Positions 34,150-47,015 of a stretch of 64,000 bases of DNA are shown here, piece after piece (the stretch's first letter is position 1; every line of letters starts with the position of its first letter). This stretch comes from Cyanophora paradoxa CCMP329 (taxonomy: Eukaryota; Plantae; Glaucophyta). A program made the translations under genes and the position numbers. Below the pieces are notes generated by a model. The model was given only the letters and a program-made list of their open reading frames with translations, made no database searches and was not told the origin of the DNA. The stretch is from assembly GCA_004431415.1 (NCBI GenBank), contig QPMI01000666.1, forward strand, positions 75,118-139,117, read 5' to 3'.

Positions 34150-34291
34150 GCTAGTAGCAGCTGAGTTCAAGAGGGGGGGGGGGGGCGGGGGGGATCAATG
34201 GAGGGCGGGGTACATGATCTCGAGCTAGTAGCAGCTGAGTTCGAGAGGGGGGGAGGGGGGGATCAAGCTGGAGGGCGGGGAACATGATCTC
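34150..34291. repeat. Local tandem duplication of a ~73-bp G-rich unit
   Basis: GCTAGTAGCAGCTGAGTTC.AGAGGGGGG...GGGGGATCAA..GGAGGGCGGGG.ACATGATCTC twice. Confidence 0.75.
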
Positions 34292-35359
34292 AAGGCGGTG
34301 CGTGCCCTTAAGCTTGCAAGCTTACGGGGCCGGTGTACAGTGTATGTCCCTGAGGGTGAGGGCCAGGGCTAGCCCTGGCCATGGGTCGCTGACACAGCAC
34401 TTCAGCGCCGCGTTTTGCGCCGAGTTTGATTGTCTGGGGCCGCATGATGTCAGCATGATGCCGCAATGATGAAAAGTGATGCTTGTATGGAAATGGCCGC
34501 GTTTTGCGCACCAGGCAAGCGAGAGTCAACCATCTCTCCTGCAGGGAGTCAATCCAAGAAGCTTCGGCCGTCGTCGTCCGACGGTCACTTGTACCCCGTC
34601 GTCGCCGTGCCCCCGGCGTGCTCGGTTGCCAGTCGTGCCTTCTTCCTGCGTTTCTTGTCTCTCTGCGACGGGCGCGATGCAGCGCAGAGAGGCGCTTGTC
34701 GTCAAGGATAAGGTGCGCGTCGCCATTCTGTACGAGCTCGAGCGCTCTTCTGAGGTGCAACAGGTCACGGTCCAGTTGAAGGCCACTGGAATTCGAAATG
34801 CGCCGGCGCCAGCCCTCAAACAGACCAGGTTCAAGATAAATGCGAGTGATAACTTAGTAAGTTCGCCGTGCTCATCGAGTTTGTCCGGAAACGAGTGCAG
34901 CGCTGCAAAAAACGCCCGTGAAGCGCTGTGTGAGTCGGGCCAGGGCGGGGCCTGATGGCGTTAACGTTGGAGATCATCGGATCTAGATCTAGCATCCGAT
35001 CGAAGCTAGCGTCACTGGGGTCTAGAGCTCATGCAGCCCACCAGCAAGCTAGCTAGGGCTGTAATTGGTCAGGGCAGCTAGCAGCTGGCTATGGAGTCAC
35101 AGTTCCGCCAGCACTGCAGCTGGCCATGGTGTCACAGCCCCGCGCTTTTTCAACCAAATTTAACGACAGCCTGGTGAATGCCGTTTTCTGCCTTGCGATT
35201 CTGAGCAAAGTTGCAGCTCGATCATACAACACGAGTGCTACCATAAGAAAAATTCCCCGAACTGGGAGGACTGGTTTGAGACTCTACAAAAAGGCTACAG
35301 AAAGCCCGTGGTGAGGAAATGACTACCTTCTCTAATAACGCCCTCCGGTCGACGGGGGC

Positions 35360-38300
35360 TTACACGCGGGTGGGCGTGCCCGTGATGTACGAGCTGCCGC
35401 CAGTGTATCCGCCAGTCACGACCTGCTGGCTGGACATCTCGTAGGTCGACTGGCCGGTGGAACCGCCGACGTACACGTTGCGCGGGCCCTCCGCGGTCGC
35501 GCTGTGCCAATTGGTCAGACTGAGAAGACCCGGAGCCCAATTTAATGGAAAGAGAAAAGACCCACCCGCCGGGGGTGTAGACGCGGAAGAGGCGGACGGA
35601 CTCGCTCTGCTGGCCGCCAGCAGCACCGGTCGCGACCGCGCCACCCTGGGTGCGGGTCTGCACGAAGCGCGGGGGCGAGCCGCCAGTCGCGCCGCCAGTG
35701 CCAGCGACACCGCCGCGGGTCGACACGTAGACGTTGCGGGTGGTGTTGTCCGACATGTAGGTCGGGAACTGCGCAAGGCAAGGAATGTCGTCAGGCGCGG
35801 GGGCGAGAGTGACAATCAAGGGCCGAGGGAAGAAGCGGACCTCGTCCCAGACAGAGCGGGTGTTGTGGCGGAGGCCGAGGTCGAGCTCGTACGGCTTCAT
35901 GATGCCGAAGCGGCGGGTGAAGAAGTGCCACCGGTACATGAACAGGTTGAGGACCAGGATCCAGATGAAGGAAATGATCATAAGCGCCCAGCTGGCCGGG
36001 CCCATCATGAAGTAGTTCCAGTAGGCGCCGGTCTGGGCGCCCGCGCGGATGATGCCGATGAGGATCAGGTCGATCATCTCGATGATGGTGTTGGTGATGT
36101 CGAGGATGTTGCCGGCGGTGTCAACGTACGGGTTGACGATGAAGAGGTACGCAAGGTCGATGGCCTCGATGATGAGGAGGAGGGCAATCTGCCACCAGAA
36201 GGTCGCGTTGCTGCCCATTGCGCTCCAGAAGGCGCCGAAGACGACACCCATGGCGTACAGCTTGGTGAGCTTGAGCGGGTGGTACAGGTACGCCATGCGC
36301 TCCTTCTTGAACTTGCGGAAGAGGTAGCCGTGGTTCTTCATGCGCTTGCTCACGGTGCCCTTCTCGGCGCGGGTGTCGATCCACTTGCCAACCTTGCGGC
36401 AGCACGGGTAGCACTCGGGCGAGGTCTTCTCGATCTCGGGGTCGCGGAGCGCCGGATCCGACGCGTAGGCAACCTCCTTGAAGTCGATCTCGCGGGAGCG
36501 GCCGACGCGCGAGACGAGGCCGGCGAACAGGAAGATGAGCCACAGGAACATGACGATGAGGATGAGGCAGGCGACCGGAGTCTTGTACGAGTGGCTGACG
36601 AGGCCGCGGACCGAGTACCACAGAACGCGCGACGAGTGGGCGACGGCGCCGAAGAGGGTCATCTGGAAGGCGATGTAGAGGAGCTTCCAGAAGCCGAGGC
36701 GGCCAGAGCCGCGCTCGAGGCTGAAGCAGTAGCGGATTAGGATGACGGCGATCGCGGCGGCGATCATGCCGAGGATGACAACCAGAGTCCAGAGGGCCGA
36801 GTTGGGGAACCAGGTGTACAGGTAGTCAACCGGGCAGGACTGGGCCTCGAGGGGCGGCACAGGGTGCTGCCACGAGAAGATGTGGCCGCCCCATGGGGTC
36901 TTGATGGTCTCAGTGGGCAGGGTGAACTCCCAAGTGAAGGGGAAGTGCAGGACGCTCCAGGACAGGCCATCACGGAACTGGTGCCACTCGAACGGAGTCG
37001 CGATGTCGAGGGCCAGGAGAAGGGCAAGGAACTGGACGAAGAAGATGAGAATCTGCAGAGCCGGCGTGAGTAGAACGCGGGTAAGGTGGGCCTGACAGGA
37101 GAAAAGAAGAACGGGCGCACGAACTCGTTGCCCGACTTGTAGCCGATGATGGTCATGATGATCGCGCAGAAAATGGAGATGACGATGAGAACGGTGGCGA
37201 TCGCAGCAAGAATAGTGGAGAGGGTCCAGCGCTCCCACTTGATGTTCCAGCGGGTGTCGACGACGCTCTGGAGGTCGGTCGTGGCGAAGCTGTACATGTA
37301 CGCGCCAACGTTGCCGGGGCACCAGTCCTCGTTCGGGTCGGTCGGGGCGGTGCGGCGCAGGTAGGCGTTCGCGGAGATCTCCGGGGTGTTCGCATCCAGG
37401 ACCGGCGCGTCCGAAATCTGGGCGATGTTGGCCGCCATGGTCTTGGGCATGAAGGGGTAAACGGTGTGCTGCCACTTGCGCCAGTAGTAGGTGTTGAAGA
37501 TCGCGGGGAAGCGGCGCATGTAGCCGTACACGCCCTGGGTGGTCGACTCGAACTCCTTGAGGCGGACAAACTCGGGGATGTAGGTGTTGTAGCCGACCGC
37601 GGCCTGGCTGATTTCGGTGTCGGTCCAGCCGCGAACCGAAGCGCGGATGTCGCCATCGCTGAAGCCATCGACGGCGCTGCGGGTCTTCGCATCGTTGTTG
37701 CACTTGCACTTGGAGCCGTCCTCCTCGCACTTGGCCTGGGCAGTGTCGTCGTCCTTCTGGCACTCGCCGCACTTCTTCATGCACTCGTCCGGGTTCGGGT
37801 ACGGGCAGATGCACTGGGCCTTCGGCGGCGGAACGCAGTGGGTGGCGTAGATCGAGGCCGACTTGTCGGGCTGAAGGGCGAGCGCGTGAGATCCTATCAC
37901 GCGCGGCTGCGCCGACCGAAACACCGCACCAGGATGAAGCCCTGGAAGCAAGCGCCGCAGACGGCGTTCTTGCCCTGGTTCACGCACTCGCGGTTGACGC
38001 ACGGGTTGCGAGCGTCGCACGGCTTGACTGCCCGGACAAGTGAGCGGCGAAATAATGTGCCGCGGTTGAGCGCGGCTCACCCTCGACGACGGTTGTGCCG
38101 TAGTGCACGTAGCTCTCAGTGTGGGTCTTCGACGACACGATGATGTCACCGGGGCCAGTGGTCGTGCCCGGGCCGGCCGTGATGGTCAGCGAGCCGGGGG
38201 TCGCGCCGTCGGAGACGGACGCGCGCCAGCCCTGGACGGAGACCCAGTCAACATCGCCGGCGCCAGTGTTGAGGTTGTTGCCCTGTGCGTAACAGTCAAT

Positions 38301-40025
38301 AAGCGAAACAAACATTTGCGAAAAGAGGTAGTAACGTACGGTAATGACGACGACGTCACCCTTGATGATGGAGAGAGCACCACCCTCCTGAACGCGCTCA
38401 GTGGAGACGGACACGCCAGTGATCACACCCTGGGCCACGATATCGACGACGTTGCCGACGTTGTCAATGGCGAAGAGGTGGCCGGACGCGCGATGGAGCG
38501 CGAGACCGATCGGGCCGTTGAACGGCAGACCGGAGGCGAGGACCTCCTGCTTGCCTGCGGAGCGTTCAGGGTTCGGCTCTTGCTGCTCTCTAGACGCGAG
38601 CGGACACACCGCTGCGGAGAACGCGGTAGATCTTGTTCTCGCCAGGGGCCGCAACGTAGACGGTGCCCGAGAACGAGTCGACGGCGATGCCGTGGGCACC
38701 GTTGGTCGTCTTCAGAATCTCGCGGTCCTCGCCTGTGCGTGCGGAGTATCAGACACGCGCGAGGGCGGACGCCAGCGGCGTGGGCGAACCCGCAGTGAAG
38801 GTCTCCACCGGGGTCTCAACCAGGCGGCCAGAGCCGTCGAAGCTGTAGGAAACGAACAGGGCGCTGGTGGCTGTCGCCGAATGCTGGTGAGAGGGGGCAG
38901 GGCAGAGCAGGTCCCTTCGGGGCGTTGGGCGGGCGAACCCTGGCCGGTGTTAAGCGCGAACACCTTGTCGTGAGTCGCCTCGTTCGGGTAGTTCGCGGTG
39001 TACAGCAGGATGTTGCGCTTGAAGTTGTACGCCATCGAGGTGATGGTGAACGCGCTCTTCGCGTAGTCGGCGGACAGGTCCTTCAAGAGGACAGCGCGCT
39101 CTGCAACGCTATCAGAAGACCTGCAAAGGCTCTAAACAGAGCACATGCGCACGCTGGGTGTCGATCATAACGATGCGCGGGCCGTCGGCGACGAACACAA
39201 GGCCGCGGGCAAAGCCGATGGCCATGCCATCGATCTTATCGAACTTCGCGCTGGTGGCCGGAACGCCAGACGCGGAGGGCACGGACGAGCCGCCGCCACC
39301 GTACGCGGATACGGTGTTGGCTGTCGTGGTCCCGGGAGTTAGCGACCGCTGGTAGGTCCAGCGGCGGGAGACGCGAACGCACTGTCGGTATCGATCTTAC
39401 GAATAAGCTTCGTGCCAACATCAGCGACGAAAAGGTCCTTCCCGTACGGGAAGAAAGCCAGGTACGTCGGCCTGGTGAGAACCGCAGCCGTTACACCGAG
39501 CTGACAGCACAGAGCGCGCTAATCGGGCGCACTTGTCGAAGGTAGCCGAGTACAGCGCGCCGTTGCTGGAACCAGAGGCACCAGTGCCGGCGTAGTCCTT
39601 CAGCTCCTTGGCTGACAGGTGCAAATCCGTTAATATCAAAGAAAACGCCCGCAGCGACGCCTCGGCGCGTCCCGCACGCACAGATGAGGTTGAAGCTCTT
39701 AATCTTGTTCTCCTGGGGCACAGCGACGAACAGGGTGGTCCCGGTGGCATCCGGGGTCACCCACGTCGCACCTGCGACGAGCCGCGCGAACCGGGCCGCA
39801 AAACATCAGCACGGCGACTGCAAAGGAGTGTTCGAATGCTTATATTTAAATCGGAGACGCTGCGGCAAGGCCGACGCCGCGACGAAGGCCGGACGGGCGG
39901 AGGTTCGCACCATCGACCTTCCCGGCGCTGTTGATGGTTCCGATGGGCGAGTCATCGGCCAAGACCAAGGGCAGCACCAGGGCCAGGGCCGCCAGCGCGG
40001 CGACCGCCCGGAACCGCGCCATCAT
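35360..40025 (-). CDS. Large membrane protein: signal peptide, NHL-like propeller repeats, IPT-like and Cys-rich segments, TRP/Flc-like multi-TM domain
   Basis: MMARFRAVAALAALALVLPLVLA; GMAIGFARGLVFVAD and GLPFNGPIGLALH repeats; FFVQFLALLLALDIATPFEWHQFRDGLSWS; HGYLFRKFK..Y; IVNPYVDTAGNILDI. Confidence 0.7.
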
Positions 40026-40109
40026 CTTTTTTTCCGGTCGAACTTAGAGCACTAACTTATTTGGTCCTACCCCCATTGCTCCGGCGAGTCACAATGCACA
40101 CCTCCGGCA

Positions 40110-40419
40110 ACATCAAGTACACGGGCGCGCGGGGCCCGCGCGGAGGAGGCAGGCGCTCGCCGCGCTCCTTCCCCCAGGGCATCGTCGATCTCTTGCCCGC
40201 GCCCGGCCTCCCCGCTCGCACGCCCCCGCCCGGCAGCGGCGCGTCGGACGAGCTCATTGTTCGCCACGAGCTTTACGAGTGGGCGCACCGTTGGGCGCTC
40301 GCGCACGGCGCGGGCAATGTCTTGCAGGTCCTGCGGATCGTGTACGATTCATGCTCGCAGGCTTCCTGATTGAGTCCGAGCACAGAGGCAGACGAGCAGG
40401 TCTACGGGAAGCCAACAAA
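40110..40419 (+). repeat. Repeat family B, copy 2
   Basis: Inverted near-identical copy of 15955-16262. Confidence 0.92.
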
Positions 40420-40439
40420 GTTCAGCAAAGATCGAAAGC

Positions 40440-40705
40440 GCCCGGGTGCATGCTTCTTTCGCGTTTGTCCTGCTCGCAGACTTCCTGAGCACTTCGTCGC
40501 AGACTTCCTGATTGAGTTCGAGCACTTCGTCCTTGTGGTGGAGGTGGACGAGCGCGGCCACGGGCGCACCAACGTCTTCGCTCGGCGCATCATGAGCGCC
40601 GCGCTCCGTTACAGGCGCTCCGCGGAGCGCGTTCGGATGCTCAAGCTCTACGAGCAGATCCTTGAGGTTCGTCTGGTAAGAGGCGCAAGCGGGAGGAGGA
40701 GATAA
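40440..40705 (+). pseudogene. PD-(D/E)XK (DUF559/Vsr-like) endonuclease fragment
   Basis: FVADFLIEFEHFVLVVEVDERGH...YRRSAERVRMLKLYEQI. Confidence 0.6.
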
Positions 40706-40714
40706 TGCGGGAGA

Positions 40715-41042
40715 GACGCAGGCGGGAGGAGGCCAAGGCCGCAGCCGAGGAGCGCAGGCGGGAGGAGGCCAAGGCCGCAGCCGAGGAGCGCGAGGCGAAG
40801 AGGAGGAGGCGGGAGGAGGCCAAGGCCGCAGCCGAGACCCGGGCCAAGGCCGAGCCAAGACCCGAGACCCGAGACGCGGAGCGGGAGGCGGAGCGGGAGG
40901 CGGAGCGGGAGGCGGAGCGGGAGGCGGAGCGGGATGCGAGGAGGCGCCGCGCGCGGGAGAAGCAGTGGCAGCGGGAGGCGGGGGCGGGAGGCGGGAGGCG
41001 GGGGCGGGAGGCGGGAGGCGGGGGCGGGAGGCGGGAGGCGGA
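40715..41042. repeat. GC-rich minisatellite block
   Basis: GGCGGGAGGAGGCCAAGGCCGCAGCCGAG x3 and (GCGGAGCGGGAG)n. Confidence 0.85.
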
Positions 41043-41754
41043 CCGTGGCAACCCATAGGGGCTCGCTGAGTTGTGGTAGACCTGTGGATCCTACACTGTG
41101 GAAAGAAAAAACGCGCCGCTCCCTGTAAAGAACTAGTTTGCGTCCGCAATTGCGGTCCGCAATCAAAATCGGTGCGCTCCGAGGCCCCGCCATAGTGCTG
41201 GACCGACGCATGCGTGTAATACAACGGTGCGGGGACCGGGGCGCCCATCACTGCACTGCGCATGCGCATGCGGCAGCCGCTGAGCTGGGCCAAGCCAAGT
41301 TTGAATTCGAATTCACCAGTGACTGCCGCAGTGCGCGCGCGCGCGGCGCTGGTACAGCTCATTTGCATGAGCATATGCATGCAGCTAACGCTAGTGCGTG
41401 CGAACTAGTTAAAGTGCGGCGGCTGATCGCCGAGTCGGTAGCTTCACACCGATATCGATCGCGAGTCACATGCATGCGCATGCGCACTGCAGGGCCGCAT
41501 GCCGCAGTGCGCAGGGCACCGATTCAGGGCCCGGGGGCACTGCAGTGCCACGGTGAGCAGGGCACCGCAGGGAGCTCCTACGGGCTCTGCAGCTGGGGAC
41601 TGGACCCGATCGCGACCAATTGCAATTCACGCAAGGCCTTCGAATTGTAGATCTAGATCTAGATGGCCACCTCGCCCAAATTAAATCCCATCCAACCAAA
41701 AACAACCCTCGCATCGCATCTGGCATTCAAGCTCTAGACATCTAACGGAATGCT

Positions 41755-44113
41755 TCAAGGATTGCTGGTGTTCGTTTTCCGCGAGCGGCGGCCCTTCGCA
41801 GATTCCTTGACCTCCTCAACCACCTCGTCAAGCTGCTCCTCAAGGGTTAGAGGGGCGCGATTGGAGCGGGCTCCCATGTGAAGAATGCCTTGCTCGTCCT
41901 CCAGTGCCCAAACCTGCTGACTGGTGATCAATCATGAAGGGAGCACGAGTCTGCCATACAGACCTGATTGTGCGCAATGAAAGACGCAGCAGATGAAAGC
42001 ATGAGGAAGCCAAAGCCAGCATAGACTAGCGGAATGCCAGGGTCATCTTTGATCTGTAGCTTCTTGTTAGATTATGTTCGTACTTTGATGCGACGTGCAG
42101 ACCTGAAGGCCTGTGGCACCAATCATCTCCTTGAACTGCACATTAATACCATCGAGCTGCAAGCAAGAAGTCACTATTGCCGAAGCCATTTACAACGGTT
42201 GGGCTATGATATTGCACCTCGAGATTCATGCCAGGGCGGATGACGCTGTTCATCGACCCCTGCAGCCGCGAATCATTTCCATGACAGTCCGGAAAAAGAT
42301 GTCAAAGAGAAACTGACATCTTTGTTGTACACAAAGATGTTGATCATGTCCTTCGCCACGATGGGATAGCCTTCTGACATGTCAGGCTGAACAGCGCTAG
42401 TTAGAGATAGCCAAGACGACTTCAAGACTTCAAAGCCCCTTTTCACCTTCGTGGGCAGGAAGCCTCCCCACACTTCGGCCTTTTTCCCAAGAGCCTCGAG
42501 GCGGGCCATGGGAATGAGAAGGTCGGGGGAGTTGTTCAATTTCACAACGATTCCATAAAGGCTCCAGCTTGTCTGATAGAAAGTCATGCCCTGGTACCTG
42601 TTAAGGAAACAATTAATCAGTTTGATGCCGCAGAGGTAATGAGGCCGTACCGCATGGGTTTGTTAACGTGAATCTCTTCCTGGCGAACTTCCTTTCCATC
42701 CTTGTCGAGGGCAGAAATAATCGAGTGGAATTGGTCCACACGCCCATCGTCGGCATAATCGATCCAGAAGCGGTTGGCTCGCATGATGAGGCCATTCGGA
42801 AGCCGACCCTCTGCAAGCGGGCCCGCGCTTACGATGTTATCAATGGTGAAATCCAGACCGGCAGGGATAAGCTCTGTGGCTCGGGTCAGACGTCCAGCAC
42901 AACAGACCAGAGATGCAGTGCTGAGCGCACCCTGTGCCATCCAGCCGAAAACAGACCCGCCGATGGCGCCAGCAAGGACGAGGAGCATACTTATGTGCAC
43001 AAAAATTGGAGCGACCTTCCCGATGACTCCCTTTGTACCATACAGCACGCTGCCTTCTTGGTGCACCTCGTACCCGCGCTTCTGCAGAGCTGCGGCAAGG
43101 TCCTCTTTCGCGCCGTTCTCGATGCGAGCCGCCAGCGGGTCTAATCGCCTGAACTGCTCAGGGCGTGTGTAGTACTTCCACTTGCGGGCGAGCCTGCCCA
43201 TAGTATGAAGGCTGTGGGCCCCTTCCAGGCGGCAAAAGGAGTCTCACTTGAGAGCCGGAAGCTGTGTAGTGAAAGAGCAGGCAGTGAGGGAGGAGCCGAA
43301 GAGGATGAGCAGACCGAGGAACCACCATGTGCTATAGACGTGGTCCAGCCCCGCACCAAGGACCACCTACGCTCGAGGAATGCAATGAGGAAAGCAATCT
43401 ATTTTGTAAATAGACAGTTGTGAGAGATAGGTACCTTCCAGGTCAGGAAGCCGTACAGGGCCGGCGACTCGGGGAAGTTCTGCACGTAGAAGTCTGCTGC
43501 TTGCTCCTGCACGCAACGCGATTCGGTATGCCATACGCAAATCGATACACAGTACGCGCGACAATCCCTGCACCTGCGTGATGATGGTGCCTAAACTGCT
43601 GCATGCCGCTATGAGCACCAGCTCAGCGATGGCGAGGCGGAGATCCGCAAGGCGCGGGACGATCTGACGTCGACCAAACGATACAAATTTCTCAAGAGGC
43701 GATTCCTGCGAATTTTGGGGGTTAGCCGGCCACAACGAGAGAAGTAGCTAAAAACACGGCCAGCGAACCGAGGACGGGGAGACGCAGAAGACGGACGGCA
43801 GCGCCAAGGAGCCTCGCTGTGTTCGCATCCTATGTAAAGCAGGCTGCAATACCGCGAACTTTCGGAACGACAGCCGGGACCCGTGCACCGCTTGCCGCCC
43901 GAACCGCTCGCTCTTCTGAGAACAACTGGGGACGGCGCCGATAACTCTGTGATCCGCGCCGGTGAGCACAACATGCGCCGCTGTCGCTGGTGCGCAGTGC
44001 GCCCGCCAGCTCCCTGCCGCCCGCGCTGAGGCAGCCAGAGTGATTGGTGCGACGGCGAACGCCGAGGCGCGCCGGCGCGCGGCCGCCGCATGACTCGACT
44101 CCGCGAACGACAT
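41755..44113 (-). CDS. CCS1: Plastid cytochrome c biogenesis protein Ccs1 (CcsB/ResB), intron-containing
   Basis: MSFAES... presequence; [26 protein letters not shown]; [24 protein letters not shown]; [12 protein letters not shown]; IHVNKPMRY|GMTFYQTSW. Confidence 0.93.
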
Positions 44114-44465
44114 CGCGCGGCACACTAGTACTGCAGCTGTGGCAGATCTAGATCACAGCTGCAGTCGACGTCGACGTCGACGTCAGGCTGCAAGTTAGAT
44201 TTTCTGGGGTACACAGGCCAGAAAATGTTGCAGTTCCACGAACTATAAGCCTTCCTATATACGTGGGCCTTTGTGAAGCGTTGAGCTCTCGAGCTTGCCC
44301 CTTCGCTGTCAATGCATTGTTAACCCTCGGAGGTTGCATGAGTCACGCGTCGCGGAGGTTTGGGTGTTATATTGCGATCAGGTACACGCTGCACTAACAG
44401 GGGGGCTAGCACTAACCGACGCGGGGAGTAACAGCCGGTGTACCCCTCGGGGGGCCTCCCGGCCT

Positions 44466-45244
44466 CTAACGATGCTCAGGCTCTAACTGAATGCTGTACC
44501 CCCCGCTGTTACTGCCCGAACCTTCCGAACTTGCGTAATTCGGCCTCGCCCTGTACCCAGTGGCTGGTGTCGTCCATCCATTCGCGTACCTCCCTCTGAC
44601 GCTTGAGTGACTCACGCTGCTCGGGGGTAGGGGAGGGGGGCCTTCGAGGCGGGTGGGGAAGGGGTACGGTGGCAAAATTCAGCCACTCGGGGGTATGCCG
44701 AATTCGCCGTGAACGATCCTCTGCGGTGTGAAATACCGGTCGCTGCTCACGGCCAAGTGGAAGAACGCGCTCCTGAGCCCGGAGAGGAAGCGTGGTTGCA
44801 TGAATGGCTGCTGGAGGGACTCGTCGCGCCAGGGGGCTACGAAATCAATGATACGCTGCTGTACCTGCGCGGGCAGGGCAAGGATCTGGCTCTTGCGGTT
44901 CGCAAAGGCCGTCCACAGCGCTTGCAGGTCGGCCCAATCGCCGTTCAGATCCCTGCGTTCGCGCCTCAGGTACGATCTCGGGTTCTCTGTCATACCCATC
45001 AAGCCCGCGGCCCTGATCATCTCCCTGTCCGGGAGCTCTCGCTCGTCGTGGAATTCGTCTCTAATCCAGCGCACAAGGTAGAGCACGCGCTCCATGAAGT
45101 TCTCCGCCGGCGAGCCGCCCCTGAGGACGTGCGCCTCCCCTCCAGCACTGCGTTCGCATCCTCCAAGTCCACGTTCCGCTGTCGAATCTCCCCGTCCAGG
45201 TCGCCGTTGTTGTACAGCACGTCGGACTCGCGTGTTCGCGCCAT
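44466..45244 (-). CDS. Viral hypothetical protein, paralog of 45279-45974 (apparent frameshifts)
   Basis: MARTRESDV.../FMERVLYLVRW...ALPAQVQQRII...LSGLRSAF.../Pro-rich tail. Confidence 0.6.
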
Positions 45245-45278
45245 GCTCGCGGCTCGGTGAGAATTTATACCTGTACCC

Positions 45279-45974
45279 CTACTCGCGGTCGGGGTACCTG
45301 TCGCCGGGCATCAGCCTCGCGCGCTTCCGCATCTCCGCCTCCCCGGGTAGCCAGTTCTTCGGGTCGTTGCTCCACTCCTCCCATTCGCGTATGTCCCGTC
45401 TGACGTCACGCGGGGCGGGGCGTTTATCGGTGGGCGGGCGGGGCTGGCAGGGCCTGGCGCGGGGGTTGAGGCCCCTGTTCCACGAGTACTCGGGGTACTC
45501 TTCCCATCCCAGGGGTACCAGATTCATCGGAATTGGCTCAACTTCGAATTGGGGCTTTTTGACGTGATAATCATAGTTTGTGACATACGCCGTCACAGCC
45601 GAGCGCAAGCGCGAGAGGTCGCGCAAATTTACGTCGTCCCATTGCGAGTCCCTTGCCTTCGCGTACCACTCGAGGATTTGCATGCGAATGTGGTCCGGGA
45701 GGGTCGAGAGTATGCTGAGCTTGGAGCCCAGGGCGAACCAGATGCGCTTGAACTCGTCGATAATCCTGCCCTCGTCGTGGCTCCGAACGTAAAGGGCCCC
45801 GCCAGAGTTGTAATGCGTGTCTAGCCACCCTGCCCGGGCCAGCTCTAGCACCGGCCAGGGTTGGCGCTGTCGATTCGGTCGCGAGGCCTGCTCTACCACC
45901 CAGCGTCTAAGGTCCTTGACCTGATCTATGAACTGTGCGATCACGTCCCTGGGCGCTTCCTCTGCATCCGACAT
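45279..45974 (-). CDS. Viral hypothetical protein
   Basis: Intact intronless ORF from MSDAEEAPRD; upstream AATTTCTTG motif. Confidence 0.7.
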   Translation of the reverse strand: MSDAEEAPRDVIAQFIDQVKDLRRWVVEQASRPNRQRQPWPVLELARAGWLDTHYNSGGALYVRSHDEGRIIDEFKRIWFALGSKLSILSTLPDHIRMQILEWYAKARDSQWDDVNLRDLSRLRSAVTAYVTNYDYHVKKPQFEVEPIPMNLVPLGWEEYPEYSWNRGLNPRARPCQPRPPTDKRPAPRDVRRDIREWEEWSNDPKNWLPGEAEMRKRARLMPGDRYPDRE

Positions 45975-46024
45975 TTGCAATTGCACACATCAAGAAATTC
46001 TAAACGCTACTGCGAGGCTACGCT

Positions 46025-46681
46025 ATGCATACCGATACAAATTGCGAGACTTTGCAACAGGGGAGCGCAGCGTGGCACGCGGCGCGCCGTGAAAAACTAA
46101 CTGCATCTAATTTTGCGGCTGCGTGCGGCATAAACCCCTGGAAATCCAGGGCCCGCCTGTGGGCGGAGCTAAGCGGGATAGCGGAGGAAAACAACTTTGA
46201 CAACCCTGCCCTAACCTATGGGCATGACTATGAGCCCCTCGCGGTCTCTCTCTACAAGGCACTGAACGATAACGTGGACATTCAACACACTGGACTGCAC
46301 GAACACAAAGAAATGCCGTTCCTCGCCGGGAGCCCCGACGGACTGATAGGAAATGATAGGATTTTAGAGGTGAAATGCCCTTACAAGGGCGAACTTTACG
46401 ATAGCGTTCCTACCTATTACATGACTCAACTTCAGGGCCTGCTGGACATAACGGGCCGCGAGTGGGCCGAACTTTTTTGCTTCACTCCTCTGTGCGTGCA
46501 AACGTGGTACGTCAGACGGGACGAGAGGTACATCGAGCTCATGCGGCGGTGCTTACATCTATTTTGGATGCACGTGAAGGCTGGAACTCCGCCCGAGCCC
46601 TACAGCGATCGAATGAAGTCAGAGAACCTCAGCGAGGAGCAGGCGGCGCTGCGCGAGTTTAAGTCGTACGCCCTCCTCTAG
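46025..46681 (+). CDS. YqaJ/lambda-type exonuclease
   Basis: QGSAAWHAARREKLTASNF; YGHDYEP; LAGSPDGL; LEVKCPY; YMTQLQG. Confidence 0.95.
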   Translation: MHTDTNCETLQQGSAAWHAARREKLTASNFAAACGINPWKSRARLWAELSGIAEENNFDNPALTYGHDYEPLAVSLYKALNDNVDIQHTGLHEHKEMPFLAGSPDGLIGNDRILEVKCPYKGELYDSVPTYYMTQLQGLLDITGREWAELFCFTPLCVQTWYVRRDERYIELMRRCLHLFWMHVKAGTPPEPYSDRMKSENLSEEQAALREFKSYALL

Positions 46682-47015
46682 TGTCCCGACCCTCTCAGAT
46701 ATTAATTTAAAGATCTGGGAGGGTCGGGACACGTCTCTTGGTCAGACTACTTATGTACGCCCTCCTCTAGTGTCTCGACCCTCTCAGATATTAATTTAAA
46801 GATCTGGGAGGGTCGGGACACGTCTCTTGGTCAGACTACTTATGTACGCCCTCCTCTAGTGTCTCGACCCTCTCAGATATTAATTTAAAGATCTGGGAGG
46901 GTCGGGACACGTCTCTTGGTCAGACTACTTATGTACGCCCTCCCTCCTCTAGTGTCCGGACCTTTCCAATAATCTATAAAGAAAGTAGGGAGGGTCCGGA
47001 CACGTCTCTTGGTCG
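46666..47015. repeat. Tandem array of 89-bp units (3 near-identical plus 1 diverged), each with an AT-looped palindrome; candidate replication origin
   Basis: GTGTCCCGACCCTCTCAGAT-ATTAATTTAAAG-ATCTGGGAGGGTCGGGACAC at 46681, 46770 and 46859 (one left-arm substitution in the last two); variant at 46952. Confidence 0.92.

Noticed and set aside
31460-35300. Protein-coding genes or a transposon in the 31.5-35.3 kb spacer
   Set aside because: No recognisable domain; the hairpin at 32288-32321 has no identifiable partner end
44150-44470. Terminal inverted repeat or TSD at the left viral border
   Set aside because: No match to the 46.7 kb or 56-57 kb repeats was found by eye, so the border remains approximate
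46666-47015. CRISPR array
   Set aside because: The units are whole tandem copies without unique spacers, there are no cas genes, and the context is eukaryotic/viral
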